Assembly: GCA_963805875.1 (NCBI GenBank)
Contig: CAWDWE010000002.1
Span: 136,039 to 168,038 of the forward strand
Direction of reading: 5' to 3'
Source: Pirellulaceae bacterium
GTDB taxonomy: Bacteria > Planctomycetota > Planctomycetia > Pirellulales > Pirellulaceae
DNA length: 32,000 nucleotides
Below the pieces are notes generated by a model. The model saw nothing but the letters and a program-made list of their open reading frames with translations, had not been told where the DNA came from and searched no databases. Position numbers and translations under genes: made by a program. Below are positions 10,607 to 21,001 of the stretch, in pieces. Numbering within the stretch: position 1 is the stretch's first letter; each line of letters starts with the position of its first letter.

Positions 10607-11627
10607 ATGATACAACAGTTACGGATCGCACTTATTGCGGCCATTGTGCTCGTCGGATGCCTGTCCGGCGTTGAGGCACGCGCCGATGTGTCGATAACGG
10701 ATATTCAGACCATCTATGCGGGGAACGTTAGTCTCCCTGGACCTGTTTTTGCGGGACCACCAACTGTTGATATAACCGCCATCAATTTCTCTGGCGGAAA
10801 CTCATACATCAACGGCTACACCGGGCCGGGACCGACGTCTTTGGTAAACACTGTCGTTGCTACCCAGTTAAATAGCGTTAACTTGGCTGCGGGGGGGGCA
10901 GATCCGTCCTTGTTCGGTCCAACGGGCGGCATCCTTTATGCTGTTTTTGCTCTGCAAGGAACAGTTTCGGGATCTACCACTTTGTATTCGTCCGGGATGC
11001 TAGAGATTCGCGAAAATTCGACATTCGATTCTGAAGACCCCACCACATGGGCAGGGACGACAATTGCGACGCTGCAAATCAAACCGCAAGAGGGACTATT
11101 GACCGGACGGTTGTTTGGCTTACCGCAGGCAGAAGATCCACCAAACGCCGTCATGCCTGATTTGGAAATGACGCCGTCAAGTCTGGTCAACATCGGGAAC
11201 ACGGATGTAGGCACTTCAACAATTGACTTGGCGATCCTCTTTGAGTCGTTAAATCTAGATGCCGATGGTGACACGAATGATTTCCTTAGCGGCAGTCAAC
11301 TTGAGGCTTCAGGTAAAAGCGGAAATTACGTGCTGATGTGGAATTCAGATAGCCAGTTTCAAAATCTGCCTGGCGTGTTTGGTCCTGCGCAGATCGCCGC
11401 GTTGGATGGAGAATTTTCGGCCCTTCTCGGTGAAAATTTCGAGAATAATCTCACGGGTGGAAGCTATTCGCCCAATGGCATCGACTTCTTCACGAATTTG
11501 CAAGGCATGCGCGATCCCCGGACTTCAGGTCGTCATCCCCGAGCCGTCATCCATCGTGATTTGGGGGCTATTGGCCGTGATCGTAGGGTGTGCCGCGACC
11601 CGGTTGCGTCGCCGAAAAGCACTCTAG
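10607..11627 (+). CDS. PEP-CTERM exosortase substrate, C-terminal sorting signal in the +1 frame after an apparent frameshift near 11500
   Basis: Signal peptide MIQQLRIALIAAIVLVGCLSGVEARA. The C-terminal sorting signal IPEPSSIVIWGLLAVIVGCAATRLRRRKAL* (11535-11627) is in ORF 11379..11627. Confidence 0.88.
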
Positions 11628-11637
11628 CCGGGATTAT

Positions 11638-11783
11638 TCACCTGCGGTGGGCCAAGCTCGCCCAAGTGAACGGTGCGTCAGGCGCAAAGCGGTCGATCGG
11701 CCGTTCACACCCTGTTTTCCCATTGACGCTCAATAACGAGCGCCGACCCACCACGATCACGGCTTTGCTCGACGCACCCAACA
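11638..11783 (-). repeat. Dispersed intergenic repeat element, copy in inverted orientation
   Basis: The reverse complement begins TGTTGGGTGCGTCGAGCAAAGCC and contains TGGTGGGTCGGCGCTCG, a 17-nt segment identical to one in 14891-15031. Its far end, GGGCGAGCTTGGCCCACCG, is also similar. Confidence 0.75.
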
Positions 11784-11802
11784 AGTCCATAAATAATTCG
11801 GG

Positions 11803-13245
11803 CTAGTCGTCCGTGCGGCGGTCTTTCATTTGGATCCGATACTTGCGGATCTTGTTGTAGAGCGTCACCCGGCTGATGCCGAGGGCGCGGGCGGCGGCCG
11901 CCCGATTGAAGTCGTGCAGGCGAAGCATTTCTTCGATGGCCTCTTGCTCGGTCTTGGCGACTTCGCTCGACAGCCCGACGGAAATCGTTTCGCCTAGCGA
12001 GATAGTTCTCGCCTCTTGGGCCTCGGCCAGCATTTCCGGTGAAAAGAGGTTGGGGGTGATGACGCCGTCGGGGCAGAAGAGCACGCTGTGGCGAACTTCA
12101 TTACGCAGTTCGCGGATGTTGCCCGGCCAGGAATAATGCCGCAGCAGCTCGAGATATTCCGGGTGGATCGCGGTGACATTCAGATCGCGCTCGCGGCAGC
12201 AGTCTTCGATAATCTCCGTGGCCAGCGGAACAATATCACCCTGCCGCTCGTGCAGCGGCGGGATCTCGAACTTCACCTCGTTGAGGCGGAAGTAAAGGTC
12301 GGCCCGGAACTTCCCGTGGTCGATCGCCTCTTCCAGGCTCTGATTCGATGCGCCGACGACGCGGACGTCCACCTTGCGGGTATCGTTTCCGCCCACCGGC
12401 TCGAACTCGCCCGTTTCGATCACGCGGAGCAGGTTCGCCTGTTGCTCCAGATCGAGCACGTCGATTTCATCGAGCAGCAGCGTGCCGCCGTTGGCCACCT
12501 CAAACTTGCCGAGCTTGTCGCGATCAGCGCCCGTGAAGGCGCCCCGCAGATGCCCGAACAATTCGCTCCCCATCAATTCGCCCGGCATGGCGCCGCAGGC
12601 GATGTTGAGAAAACGCTTATGGCTGCGACGCGAAAGATCGTGGATCAAACGGGCGAAGGTGGTTTTGCCCGTTCCGGTGTTGCCGACCAAGAGAATCGTA
12701 AAATCGTGCTCGGCCGCCCGCTCGATCTTCTCGAAGAGCGGAAACAGGCTCGGCGTGTAGGTGAAGTAGCGACGGTCTTCGACGAACAGTTCACGATGCC
12801 CGCTGCTCATTCGGGTGTTTTTTGCATGCCCCAGTTTCAACGCTTCGTCCAACATCCGCGGCAGTTCCGCCAGGCTCGCCTGAAAGCCAATGGCGCTGGC
12901 CATCGTGCGATCAGCGATGGCCGCCCAGTCGAGCGGATAACCCCGGTCGACGATGGCGACGCGGGCGCAATCCGTCGGCACGTTGCGGGCAAGCCGCCGA
13001 TTGGCGGTCGGCAAGTGCTGCCAATTCGTGCCGCTGCTGAAGTCAAGAAATATCCACTGGGGAGAGCCCAGCGGTAGATCGTTGTTCAACAGCGCGGACC
13101 ACTCGACAAGTACGACTTCGCATCCGCATTTGCTCGTCAGCGCATCATCAAACTTTTGACGTACCGCGTGACGGTCAGAAACAATCCACGCAATCCTGTC
13201 GCTCATTGCGAATCCTCTAAGTCCTACCAGGGACGGCCGGCGCAC
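11803..13245 (-). CDS. Sigma-54 interacting transcriptional regulator with degenerate receiver-like N-terminus
   Basis: AAA+ domain with Walker A GNTGTGKT, GAFTGA loop, GGTLLLDEID Walker B, SWPGNIRELRN, and a Fis-type HTH (RAAAARALGISRVTLYNKIRKY). A more likely start is MSDRIAWIVSD, inside the ORF. Confidence 0.92.
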   Translation of the reverse strand: MRRPSLVGLRGFAMSDRIAWIVSDRHAVRQKFDDALTSKCGCEVVLVEWSALLNNDLPLGSPQWIFLDFSSGTNWQHLPTANRRLARNVPTDCARVAIVDRGYPLDWAAIADRTMASAIGFQASLAELPRMLDEALKLGHAKNTRMSSGHRELFVEDRRYFTYTPSLFPLFEKIERAAEHDFTILLVGNTGTGKTTFARLIHDLSRRSHKRFLNIACGAMPGELMGSELFGHLRGAFTGADRDKLGKFEVANGGTLLLDEIDVLDLEQQANLLRVIETGEFEPVGGNDTRKVDVRVVGASNQSLEEAIDHGKFRADLYFRLNEVKFEIPPLHERQGDIVPLATEIIEDCCRERDLNVTAIHPEYLELLRHYSWPGNIRELRNEVRHSVLFCPDGVITPNLFSPEMLAEAQEARTISLGETISVGLSSEVAKTEQEAIEEMLRLHDFNRAAAARALGISRVTLYNKIRKYRIQMKDRRTDD

Positions 13246-13807
13246 GAACTCGCGCGTTCAAAGCGCTGGCCAGGGGGGGAGCAGCAATTTTTAGAGCAGA
13301 GTAGCTGATACCTTTACATCCATGCAGTTTCTCACTAGTGCTTTCATTCTGATTCACCGAGACGAGCTTGTAAAGGATTTGGCGTCACGAAATTTGGGCG
13401 AATTGGGCATTGTCCGTCAGCCTGTTGCCGACGTGCGGGGACAACGCGATTCATGTACGCCGAGTGGTAGGGTTTACGCTCCCCCCGGCAGAAGTTAGAA
13501 AACTAAATCATAAATAAGGTATGATTACGATGGCGTGCGGAATCGCGCCATCTTGAAACCAACGCGCTCTTTCTCCCCCCAATTCGGGATGAATTGGTTG
13601 GCCCAGTCTTCTTCCGTGTCCTCGGATCACCTACTCTGCGAAAGATCAATTCGCACAAATTGCGCTTCTCCCGCGAAGTGCGGCCCAAACCATGACCAGC
13701 CAGCCGAACACCGCGACGGAGAGCACGCTGGCGCCGGGTGAGAACACCGCGGCCTCCCAAGTCGCCGGTGGCGCAGGGCGGCGCCTCCCAATTCGCTGTG
13801 GATCGAC

Positions 13808-14870
13808 ATGTACAGCATCCTCCTGGTGGGGGTGATCCTGGCGTATTACACGGTGATGATTTTGTTCGCGGGAAAATTGTTTGTCTGGACAGTTGACCTG
13901 ATTCGGTGGGTTTTTTCAGCCGGCTTTCACCTGGGGACGATTCCCGGCGCGTTGGCCATCCTCATTTTGGTGTTTCTCTGCCTGCGCACGGTGCGGCATT
14001 TGATTTACGCGTCGGTGGGCCTGGTGACCACGGTGCATGACGACGTGCCGGAGGCCAGCGAAGGGCTGCCACTGGAACGCGACGACCAACCGCGGTTGTT
14101 CGAACTGGTCGACGATGTCGGCCAACAGGTGGGCTCGCCGATGCCCAACGAAATCCGCGTGATGTATGCGCCGGAAACGTATACGGTCGAGCTGCGAAAA
14201 TTCGGACTTAGCCCGCAACGTCGCTTGGTGATGGTGCTGGGCTTGCCGCAATTGTCGGTGCTGACGGTGGCGGAACTGCAGGTTGTGCTGGCCCACGAGT
14301 TGGCCCATTTTGGCCGCGGCGACACGCGGCTGATCGTTTTCTGCGCGATTTTTGGCCGGTTTAGAGCGTTCCATTGAATCCATTGGGCATCGCTGGTGGC
14401 ATTGGATCGATCCGATTTACTGGTTTCAGTTGGGCTATCATCGCGCGTTTGCCTTGCTTTCTGCCCCCGTGCAGCGTCACCAGGAATTGCGGGCCGATTG
14501 CATCAGTGCCGCGACCTTCGGCGGCGAGTTGGCCGCCCGCACTTTACTGAAGGATTGCCTGCTTTCACATCAGTTCATGGCGGCGCTGGCTTCGTATTAC
14601 CCCGGCGAAAACGGCCCAACGGGCGACAATTTCTTTCGCTGGTTCCGCAGCCAATGGCACGATTTCACACCGGGGGGGCAGGATTACCTGCTGCGCCGAT
14701 TGGAGGCTGAGGAACGAGAGTCGTTCTGGGATCCCGACCCAACGATCTCCCAACGAGTTTCGTTGATGCGAACCTTCCCCACGCAAGAGCCACAACCGGC
14801 CCGGCCGGCCAGTGAGCTGATCGAGGGTCTGCCGGCGCTCGAAAATCGCCTGCACGATTTGATGTATTAG
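13808..14870 (+). CDS. M48-like membrane metalloprotease, split by an apparent frameshift near 14355
   Basis: ORF 13808..14377 has two TM helices and VVLAHELAHFGRGD (HExxH). ORF 14352..14870 continues with LERSIESIGHRWWHWIDPIYWFQLGYHRAFALLSAPVQRHQELRADCISA, a plausible third zinc ligand (ELRAD). The N-terminus may extend upstream. Confidence 0.82.
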
Positions 14871-14890
14871 TCCAGTTTCTTGACGACCGT

Positions 14891-15031
14891 GTAGGGTGGG
14901 TCGAGCAAAGCCCTCCGGTTGGTGGGTCGGCGCTCGCTGGCCAGTTTGCCCAGGAGTACAAGGTGTCAGCGGCGCATCGTCGCTTTGCGCTGACCCACCG
15001 CGCAATTCAGCGAGCTTGACCCACCCTACAT
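14891..15031. repeat. 141-bp intergenic element with terminal inverted repeats
   Basis: TGTAGGGTGGGTCGAGC at the left end and GCTTGACCCACCCTACA at the right end: 17-nt terminal inverted repeats with one mismatch. Confidence 0.85.
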
Positions 15032-15043
15032 GAATAATCCGGG

Positions 15044-16545
15044 TTGTCCAAGTTTCTTGACGATTCGCCAAGTTCTGCTACCGTGAACTGTAAGGCATTC
15101 GGCCGGCAATGTTCTTTTCCACGAGTTCTATCTGAGAATGGACCCCACGTTTTGAATCGCATCTACCATAGCGGTGCAGTCCCCGTTGCGTGGCTCTTGC
15201 CTTGCGCATGGGGTCTGTTGTTGGCCGCGGCGCATGTGGCATCGGCGGCACCGATCGAAGACGCCGCGGCGTCCTTCGAGCGCTTCTCGAATGTGGCGCC
15301 CGGTGTGGAGATGCTTGAGCTGCAAGTGGCCAAGGAGTCGTTTGGCAAGGGAGACATCGACAAGTGCCGCCGGCATCTCGATGCGGCCCGCGCGAAACTC
15401 TCCGAGCAAGAGGGGCGAGGCGAACTCCCCCCCACCGATTTGATGTTGGCCAGGCTCTATGTCGCGTACGGCAAGAAAGAGATCGCCAAAGGGATGCTCG
15501 AAAAAATCGCCGTCGAACATGCCGGCCACCCGGAGGTCTATTTGCTCTTTGGCAATCTCGCGCTGGCCGAAGGGCGTTATACCGACGCCATGCTGCACTT
15601 TGAAAAGTCGCTGAACGTCGGTCGGCCGGCCGGTTGGATTGAATCGCAGGCGAAGGCTCTGTTTTACGAAAGCTACGCCGGACAGGCCAAAGTCGCTGAG
15701 CGGCGAGAGGACTGGTTCAAGGCGCAGGTGGCGCTTAAGCAGTGCATCAAGGTCGAACCGGACAAGGCGGACTTGCGCGATCGATTGGGCGCAGCGCTGT
15801 TCATGCTTGGGCGTGAGGAAGAGGCCTTCGAGCAGTTCCAAACCGCTGCCCGGCAAGACATAAAGATGAACCCGGCCGAAGTTTCGATGGGCGTCATGTT
15901 CGCCCGCACGGAGGATTATAATAGCTCCCGTAAGGCGTTCGAGGCGGCCTTGAAACGTTATCCCGACGACGGCCGCGTGCATTATGAGATGGCTGGCGTA
16001 TTGCTGTTGTCCGATCAGGCGGCCGAAGCGAAAGAGCATTCCGACAAGGCAGCCGAAATGGGCATCGATACTCCCCAGCTGACCATGCAGCGGGGCTACA
16101 TCGCTCGCCAATTGCGCGACTACGCGGCAGCCGAAAAATTCTTCACGCAGGCGCTCACCCAATCGCCCAGCGACTTCGAGGCCATGAATCAACTGGCCCT
16201 CGTGCTCATCGAACAAAACGACGAGAAAAAGCAGCAGCGGGCGCGGGAGTTGGCCGAACTCAACGTACGGCGGTTCCCGAAATCGTCGCACCCGCTGTCG
16301 ACGCTCGGCTGGGTCTATTACAAGCTGGGCCGCAAAGACGAAGCCCGCCGCGCGCTGCAAATGGCCGTCTCGCGAGCGCCAGTGCGCACCGAGTCGCTTT
16401 ATTATCTCACTCGCCTGCTCTGGGAAAATGGTGAGAAGGATGACCGCACAAGTTGGCCGAGCAAATGAAACCGGCCATCGACAAGCCGGGCCTGTTCGTC
16501 TTGCGGCCCGAAGTGAAACAGTGGTTCCAGTCGGAATCGCTGTAG
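15044..16545 (+). CDS. Secreted or periplasmic TPR protein; start uncertain (probably downstream of 15044) and apparent frameshift near 16448
   Basis: ORF 15044..16468 has a signal-like segment (VPVAWLLPCAWGLLLAAAHVASA) and TPR repeats. Protein-like continuation in another frame: KLAEQMKPAIDKPGLFVLRPEVKQWFQSESL*. Confidence 0.8.
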
Positions 16546-16613
16546 CCGAAATCGCAAGAGTTTCGGACGTCCTCCGATACACTTTGCGAATGGCTGAAAT
16601 TTTGCAAATTCAG

Positions 16614-17492
16614 CTACACCGAGCGACTCATCGCGCGCTGAACAGCCTCTCCCATATCTCCCGGACTCTGTGCGACTTCGATGCCGGCAGACTCCAGCGC
16701 CGCAATCTTCTCCTCCGCCGTCCCTTTGCCGCCGGAGATGATCGCCCCGGCGTGGCCCATGCGCTTGCCGGGCGGGGCGGTGCGGCCGGCGATGAAGGCG
16801 GCGACTGGCTTGGTGACGTGCTGCTTCACGAAGGCGGCGGCTTCTTCCTCCGCCGAGCCGCCGATTTCGCCGATCATTAAGATCGCTTCGGTTTGATCGT
16901 CTTCCTGAAACCGGCCCAACAGGTCGATAAAATTCGTCCCCACAATCGGATCGCCGCCGATGCCGATGCAGGTTGATTGCCCCAGTTTCAGGTTGCTCGT
17001 CTGCCAAACGGCTTCGTAAGTCAACGTGCCGCTGCGGCTGATGACGCCGACTTTCCCGCGGTTGTGAATGTAACCCGGCATAATGCCGATTTTGCACTCC
17101 TCTGGCGTGATGATGCCCGGGCAATTCGGCCCGATCAGCACCGCCCCACTACGGCGGACGACTTCGTACACGCGGACCATATCCAGCACCGGCACTCCCT
17201 CGGTGATCGCCACAATCACCTTGATGCCCGCGTCGACCGCTTCGAGAATCGCATCGGCGGTGAACGCCGCCGGCACGAAGATCATCGTGGCATCGGCGCC
17301 GGTTTTTTCAACGGCTTCAATCACCGTATCAAACACCGGCACACCCAGCACCTCCCGCCCCCCCTTGCCCGGCGTCACCCCGCCGACAAGCTGCGTGCCG
17401 TATTCTTTGCAATGCCGAGAATGAAATTCGCCAGCCGTGCCGGTGATGCCTTGGCAGATGAGTTTGGTGTTTCTGTCAACAAGGATGGACAT
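16614..17492 (-). CDS. sucD: Succinate-CoA ligase [ADP-forming] subunit alpha
   Basis: [87 protein letters not shown]. Confidence 0.97.
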   Translation of the reverse strand: MSILVDRNTKLICQGITGTAGEFHSRHCKEYGTQLVGGVTPGKGGREVLGVPVFDTVIEAVEKTGADATMIFVPAAFTADAILEAVDAGIKVIVAITEGVPVLDMVRVYEVVRRSGAVLIGPNCPGIITPEECKIGIMPGYIHNRGKVGVISRSGTLTYEAVWQTSNLKLGQSTCIGIGGDPIVGTNFIDLLGRFQEDDQTEAILMIGEIGGSAEEEAAAFVKQHVTKPVAAFIAGRTAPPGKRMGHAGAIISGGKGTAEEKIAALESAGIEVAQSPGDMGEAVQRAMSRSV

Positions 17493-17520
17493 TGGTTTTC
17501 GTCTCAGTTAAAAGCGGCGT

Positions 17521-18252
17521 CTATTGATCTTCATCAAGTACGACGAACGAATTGTGAAATCGATCGATATCTTCTCGAAGCTGAGCGTGAAGTGCCGGAG
17601 GAAACTGTGCGCTCAACATGTAATCACTCGAACCCACGCTGAGGAACACCATTTCGGCGGCAATTGTTGAGTGCGCTGCCACGAGTTTACGAGCAGGGCG
17701 ATTGTCAACGACGACATCCAACAGTTCCACGTCAACGCCCTTCTTCGTGAACTTCCCCTTCAACTGTTGGCAAACGTCATCCTCGGGGCGATCACCCAAA
17801 AACTCAGCCTGCAATACACTAAATTCCGCACCACTCGGCGTGAAAGTAACGACTGTGTGCATAACCCCGCCTGGCGCACCATTCTGCCCCAGACCTTTGA
17901 TCATTTGGTCGCGATATTTTCCCGGCAGCTCCACTTCGAAAGATCCGCGAGTCGCCCTCGCGGCGCACCAACCATCCGGTTCTAGTTGGCCGGCGGCTGT
18001 CCGATACACAATTAATTCTCCGTTGGGGACGTCATCGTATTTGCCGTCGCTCGCTTGTGCATTTACTAGGGGAGATTCCGTCAATGTTTTTTCTGTTATG
18101 CGATCGTCGATTTTGACTTCAACTTCACCGCGGCTGGTCGCGCTATTCGACTGAGCATTCGACGGTGACTGAACATCTGGCGGACTACACGCACATAGTC
18201 CCGCAACAATGCTGCAACAAAGCATTCGGCAAAGGTTGGGAAATATGAACAT
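17521..18252 (-). CDS. Hypothetical lipoprotein
   Basis: ORF with signal sequence and lipobox (MLCCSIVAGLCACSPPD), located between sucC and sucD on the same strand. Confidence 0.65.
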   Translation of the reverse strand: MFIFPNLCRMLCCSIVAGLCACSPPDVQSPSNAQSNSATSRGEVEVKIDDRITEKTLTESPLVNAQASDGKYDDVPNGELIVYRTAAGQLEPDGWCAARATRGSFEVELPGKYRDQMIKGLGQNGAPGGVMHTVVTFTPSGAEFSVLQAEFLGDRPEDDVCQQLKGKFTKKGVDVELLDVVVDNRPARKLVAAHSTIAAEMVFLSVGSSDYMLSAQFPPALHAQLREDIDRFHNSFVVLDEDQ

Positions 18253-18276
18253 GGCCTTACGCAGATTGGTACTTGC

Positions 18277-19463
18277 TCATGATGCGACCGCCGCCACCAC
18301 CTTCTTTGCCGCATCGTTCAAATCGCTCGCCGTGATGCAATCGACGTCGCTTTCTTCCAGCATTTTGCGGCCTTCTTCGACTTCCGTCCCTTCCAGCCGC
18401 ACGACCAGCGGGACGTTGAAATCGAGCTGGTGGTAGGCTTCGATTAAGGCGGTGGCGATGGTGGTGCAGCGCATGATGCCGCCGAAGATGTTCACCAGCA
18501 CGGCCTTCACGGTCTTGTCATCGAGCAGAATGCGAAACGCCTCGGTGACCTGCTCGGTCTTCGCCCCGCCGCCGACATCCAGAAAGTTGGCCGGCTCGCC
18601 GCCGTGCAGTTTGATGATGTCCATCGTGCTCATCGCCAGCCCGGCGCCGTTGACCAGGCAGCCGATGTTGCCGTCGAGATTGACATAGGACAGGCCCGCC
18701 TCGCCCGCCCGCACTTCGGCCGGGTCTTCTTCGGACAGGTCGCGCATTTCGGCGACTGCCTCGTGGCGGAAGAGGGCGTTGTCGTCGAAGGTGAGCTTGG
18801 CATCCAGGGCGAGCAGCTCGCCGGCGCCAGTCACGACCAATGGGTTGATTTCCACCAGGCTGCAATCCTGCTCGACGTATAGTCGGCACAGAGCCGGGAG
18901 AAATTTCATTGCGCTCTTTACCGTCGGGCCGGATAGGCCGAGTCGATAACAAAGCTTTCGCACTTGAAACGGCTCGAGGCCCACGTCGGGATCAAACCAC
19001 TCTTTGATGATCTTTTCCGGTGTTTCCGCTGCGACTTTTTCAATCTCGACGCCCCCCTCGGTCGAGGCCATTAGCACGGGTTTGGCCTGCCTCGGTCGAG
19101 CACAATGCCCAGGTACAACTCGCGGGCGATGTCGCAGCCCTCTTCGACGAGCACCTGATGGACCGTCTTGCCTTCCGGGCCGGTCTGAATCGTGACGAGC
19201 GTCTTACCGAGCAAGCGGCCCGCGACCTGTTTGGCCTCGTCGGCGCTCTTTACTAATTGCACGCCTCTCTGCTGCTCGTCCCCTTGGATGGTTCCTTTGC
19301 CCCGGCCGCCCGCGTGGATTTGGGCCTTCACCACGGCGATCTTGCTGCCGAGATTATTAAACGCCGTAGCGGCATCCTCCGGCGAGCGAGCCACACTGCC
19401 GCGCGGCACGGTCACATTCGCCTGGCGAAAAATCTCTTTGCCTTGAAACTCGTGAATTTTCAT
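18277..19463 (-). CDS. sucC: Succinate-CoA ligase [ADP-forming] subunit beta, split by an apparent frameshift near 19060
   Basis: [25 protein letters not shown]...[11 protein letters not shown] in ORF 19071..19538. It continues in ORF 18277..19077 as (A)[18 protein letters not shown]...DLNPL-like...[19 protein letters not shown]...NIFGGIMRC. Confidence 0.95.
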
Positions 19464-19539
19464 GTCGCGGCGTCCGCTGCTGGTGGTCGATGGATTCCAA
19501 CCAAACCGCGAATTATAGCGCCGCTGGGGCAGCTTCACA

Positions 19540-19605
19540 ACACTAGCCCGACGCGTAAGCGAGGGAATCCGCGCGGATTCCCTCGCTTACGCGTCGGGCT
19601 AGTGT
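19540..19605. repeat. 66-bp perfect palindrome
   Basis: ACTAGCCCGACGCGTAAGCGAGGGAATCCGC / GCGGATTCCCTCGCTTACGCGTCGGGCTAGT plus two more pairs on each side; no loop. Confidence 0.95.
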
Positions 19606-19627
19606 GCTAGTAACGCCGATCGCCGCC

Positions 19628-21001
19628 TTACGCCCGCGCCCCGTCTTCCAACCCCAACCGCTTCATCTTTTTATAAAGCGTCGTGCGGTTGATGCCCAGC
19701 GCGTCGGCCGTTTCGTTGCGGTTCCAACTGTGCCGCTCGAGCGCGTCGAGGATGATGCGGCGTTCGGGGCCGGAGAGGGCGTCTTTGAGCGACTGCTGGC
19801 CTTGCGGCTCGACATAAACGGGCGCGTCGGCGGTGAGGTCGGGCGGCAGGTCGCCCATGCCGATCACGTCCCCTTTGCCCAGCAGCACGGCCCGCTCGAT
19901 GACGTTCTGCAGCTCCCGAACATTGCCCGGCCAGCGATAGCGCTGCAAAGCGGCGGTCGCTTCATCGCTGAAGCCGCGAACTTGCTTGCCGGTCTCTTCG
20001 CAAACCTCGCCGAGAAAATGCTTCGCCAACAGCGGGATGTCGGAGAACCGCTCCCGCAGGGCCGGCAGTTCAATGTTGATCACGTTGACGCGATAAAAAA
20101 GGTCTTGCCGAAACGTCCCGTCGGCGACGCGCTTGGTGAGGTCTTCGTTCGTCGCCAGAATTACGCGCGAGTCGACGTGAAACGTCTTCGTGCCGCCGAC
20201 TTGCTCGAACTCGAATTCTTGCAACACCCGCAGCAGCTTCACTTGCAAGCCGGGCGAGGCGGTGCCGATTTCGTCGAGGAAGATCGTGCCGCCATCAGAC
20301 TGCTTGAACTTGCCGATCTTGTCGACCGACGCGCCGGTGAACGAACCGGCGACGTGGCCGAACAGCTCGCTCTCTTGCAATGTCTCAGGCAGCGCCCCGC
20401 AAGCGACTTCGACGAATGGCCCGCCGCGGCGCCGCTGCGGCGATGAATGGCCCGCGCGATCAGCGATTTTCCCGTGCCGCTTTCGCCGGTGATCAGCACG
20501 GTCGCCTTGGTGTCGGCGATGCTGTCGACCATGTCGTAGATCCGCAGCATGCGGTGGTCGTGGCCGACGATGCTGTCCATGCCGAATCGCAGGTCGAGTT
20601 GCTCTTTGAGTTGCTGGTTCTCTTCCATCACGCTCCGCTGCGAGAGCGCGCGCTGGATGGCCATGTTCAGTTCTTCGTCGATCAGCGGCTTGGTGAGCAG
20701 ATCGAACGCCCCCGCCCGAATCGCCTCGATGCCCGTCTCGACTGTGCCGTAGCCGGTCAGCAGGATAACTGTCGCGTCGGGATGATGCTCGCGGCAGTGG
20801 GCCAGCACGTCGAATCCGTCGCCGTCGTCCAGGCGAATATCAGCTCAGCACCAGATCGAACGACGTCTCTCGCAATTTCGCGATCGCCTGCTGGCAACCA
20901 TCGGCCGCCTGCACCTGATATCCCTGCTCGACGAGCCAGGCGGCCATCGACTCCCGCAGATGACGATCGTCGTCAACCAACAATAGTGATCCGTTATTCA
21001 T
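19628..21001 (-). CDS. NtrC-family sigma-54-dependent response regulator with two apparent frameshifts (near 20845 and 20420)
   Basis: [30 protein letters not shown]...DLVL, then [86 protein letters not shown], and a C-terminal Fis-type HTH ([25 protein letters not shown]). Confidence 0.93.

Noticed and set aside
11511-11806. C-terminal ~100 aa of the 10607..11806 ORF (MRDPRTSGRHPRAVIHRD...)
   Set aside because: Translation of frame-shifted DNA and an intergenic repeat; the true C-terminus is the PEP-CTERM signal in another frame.
12088-13077. Long plus-strand ORF (329 aa) opposite the sigma-54 regulator
   Set aside because: Antisense shadow ORF of a well-supported AAA+ regulator in high-GC DNA; no recognisable motif.
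15128-16582. 484-aa minus-strand ORF opposite the TPR gene
   Set aside because: Antisense of clear TPR repeats; composition typical of GC-rich shadow ORFs.
16400-16615. Short ORFs around the end of the TPR gene (MVRRMTAQVGRANETG...)
   Set aside because: Best explained by a frameshift in the TPR gene whose real tail is KLAEQMKPAIDKPGLFVLRPEVKQWFQSESL.
20239-20380. GSFTGA instead of GAFTGA in the NtrC-like protein as a loss of sigma-54 contact
   Set aside because: A conservative Ala-to-Ser change; the rest of the AAA+ motifs and the HTH are intact, so not evidence of altered function on its own.
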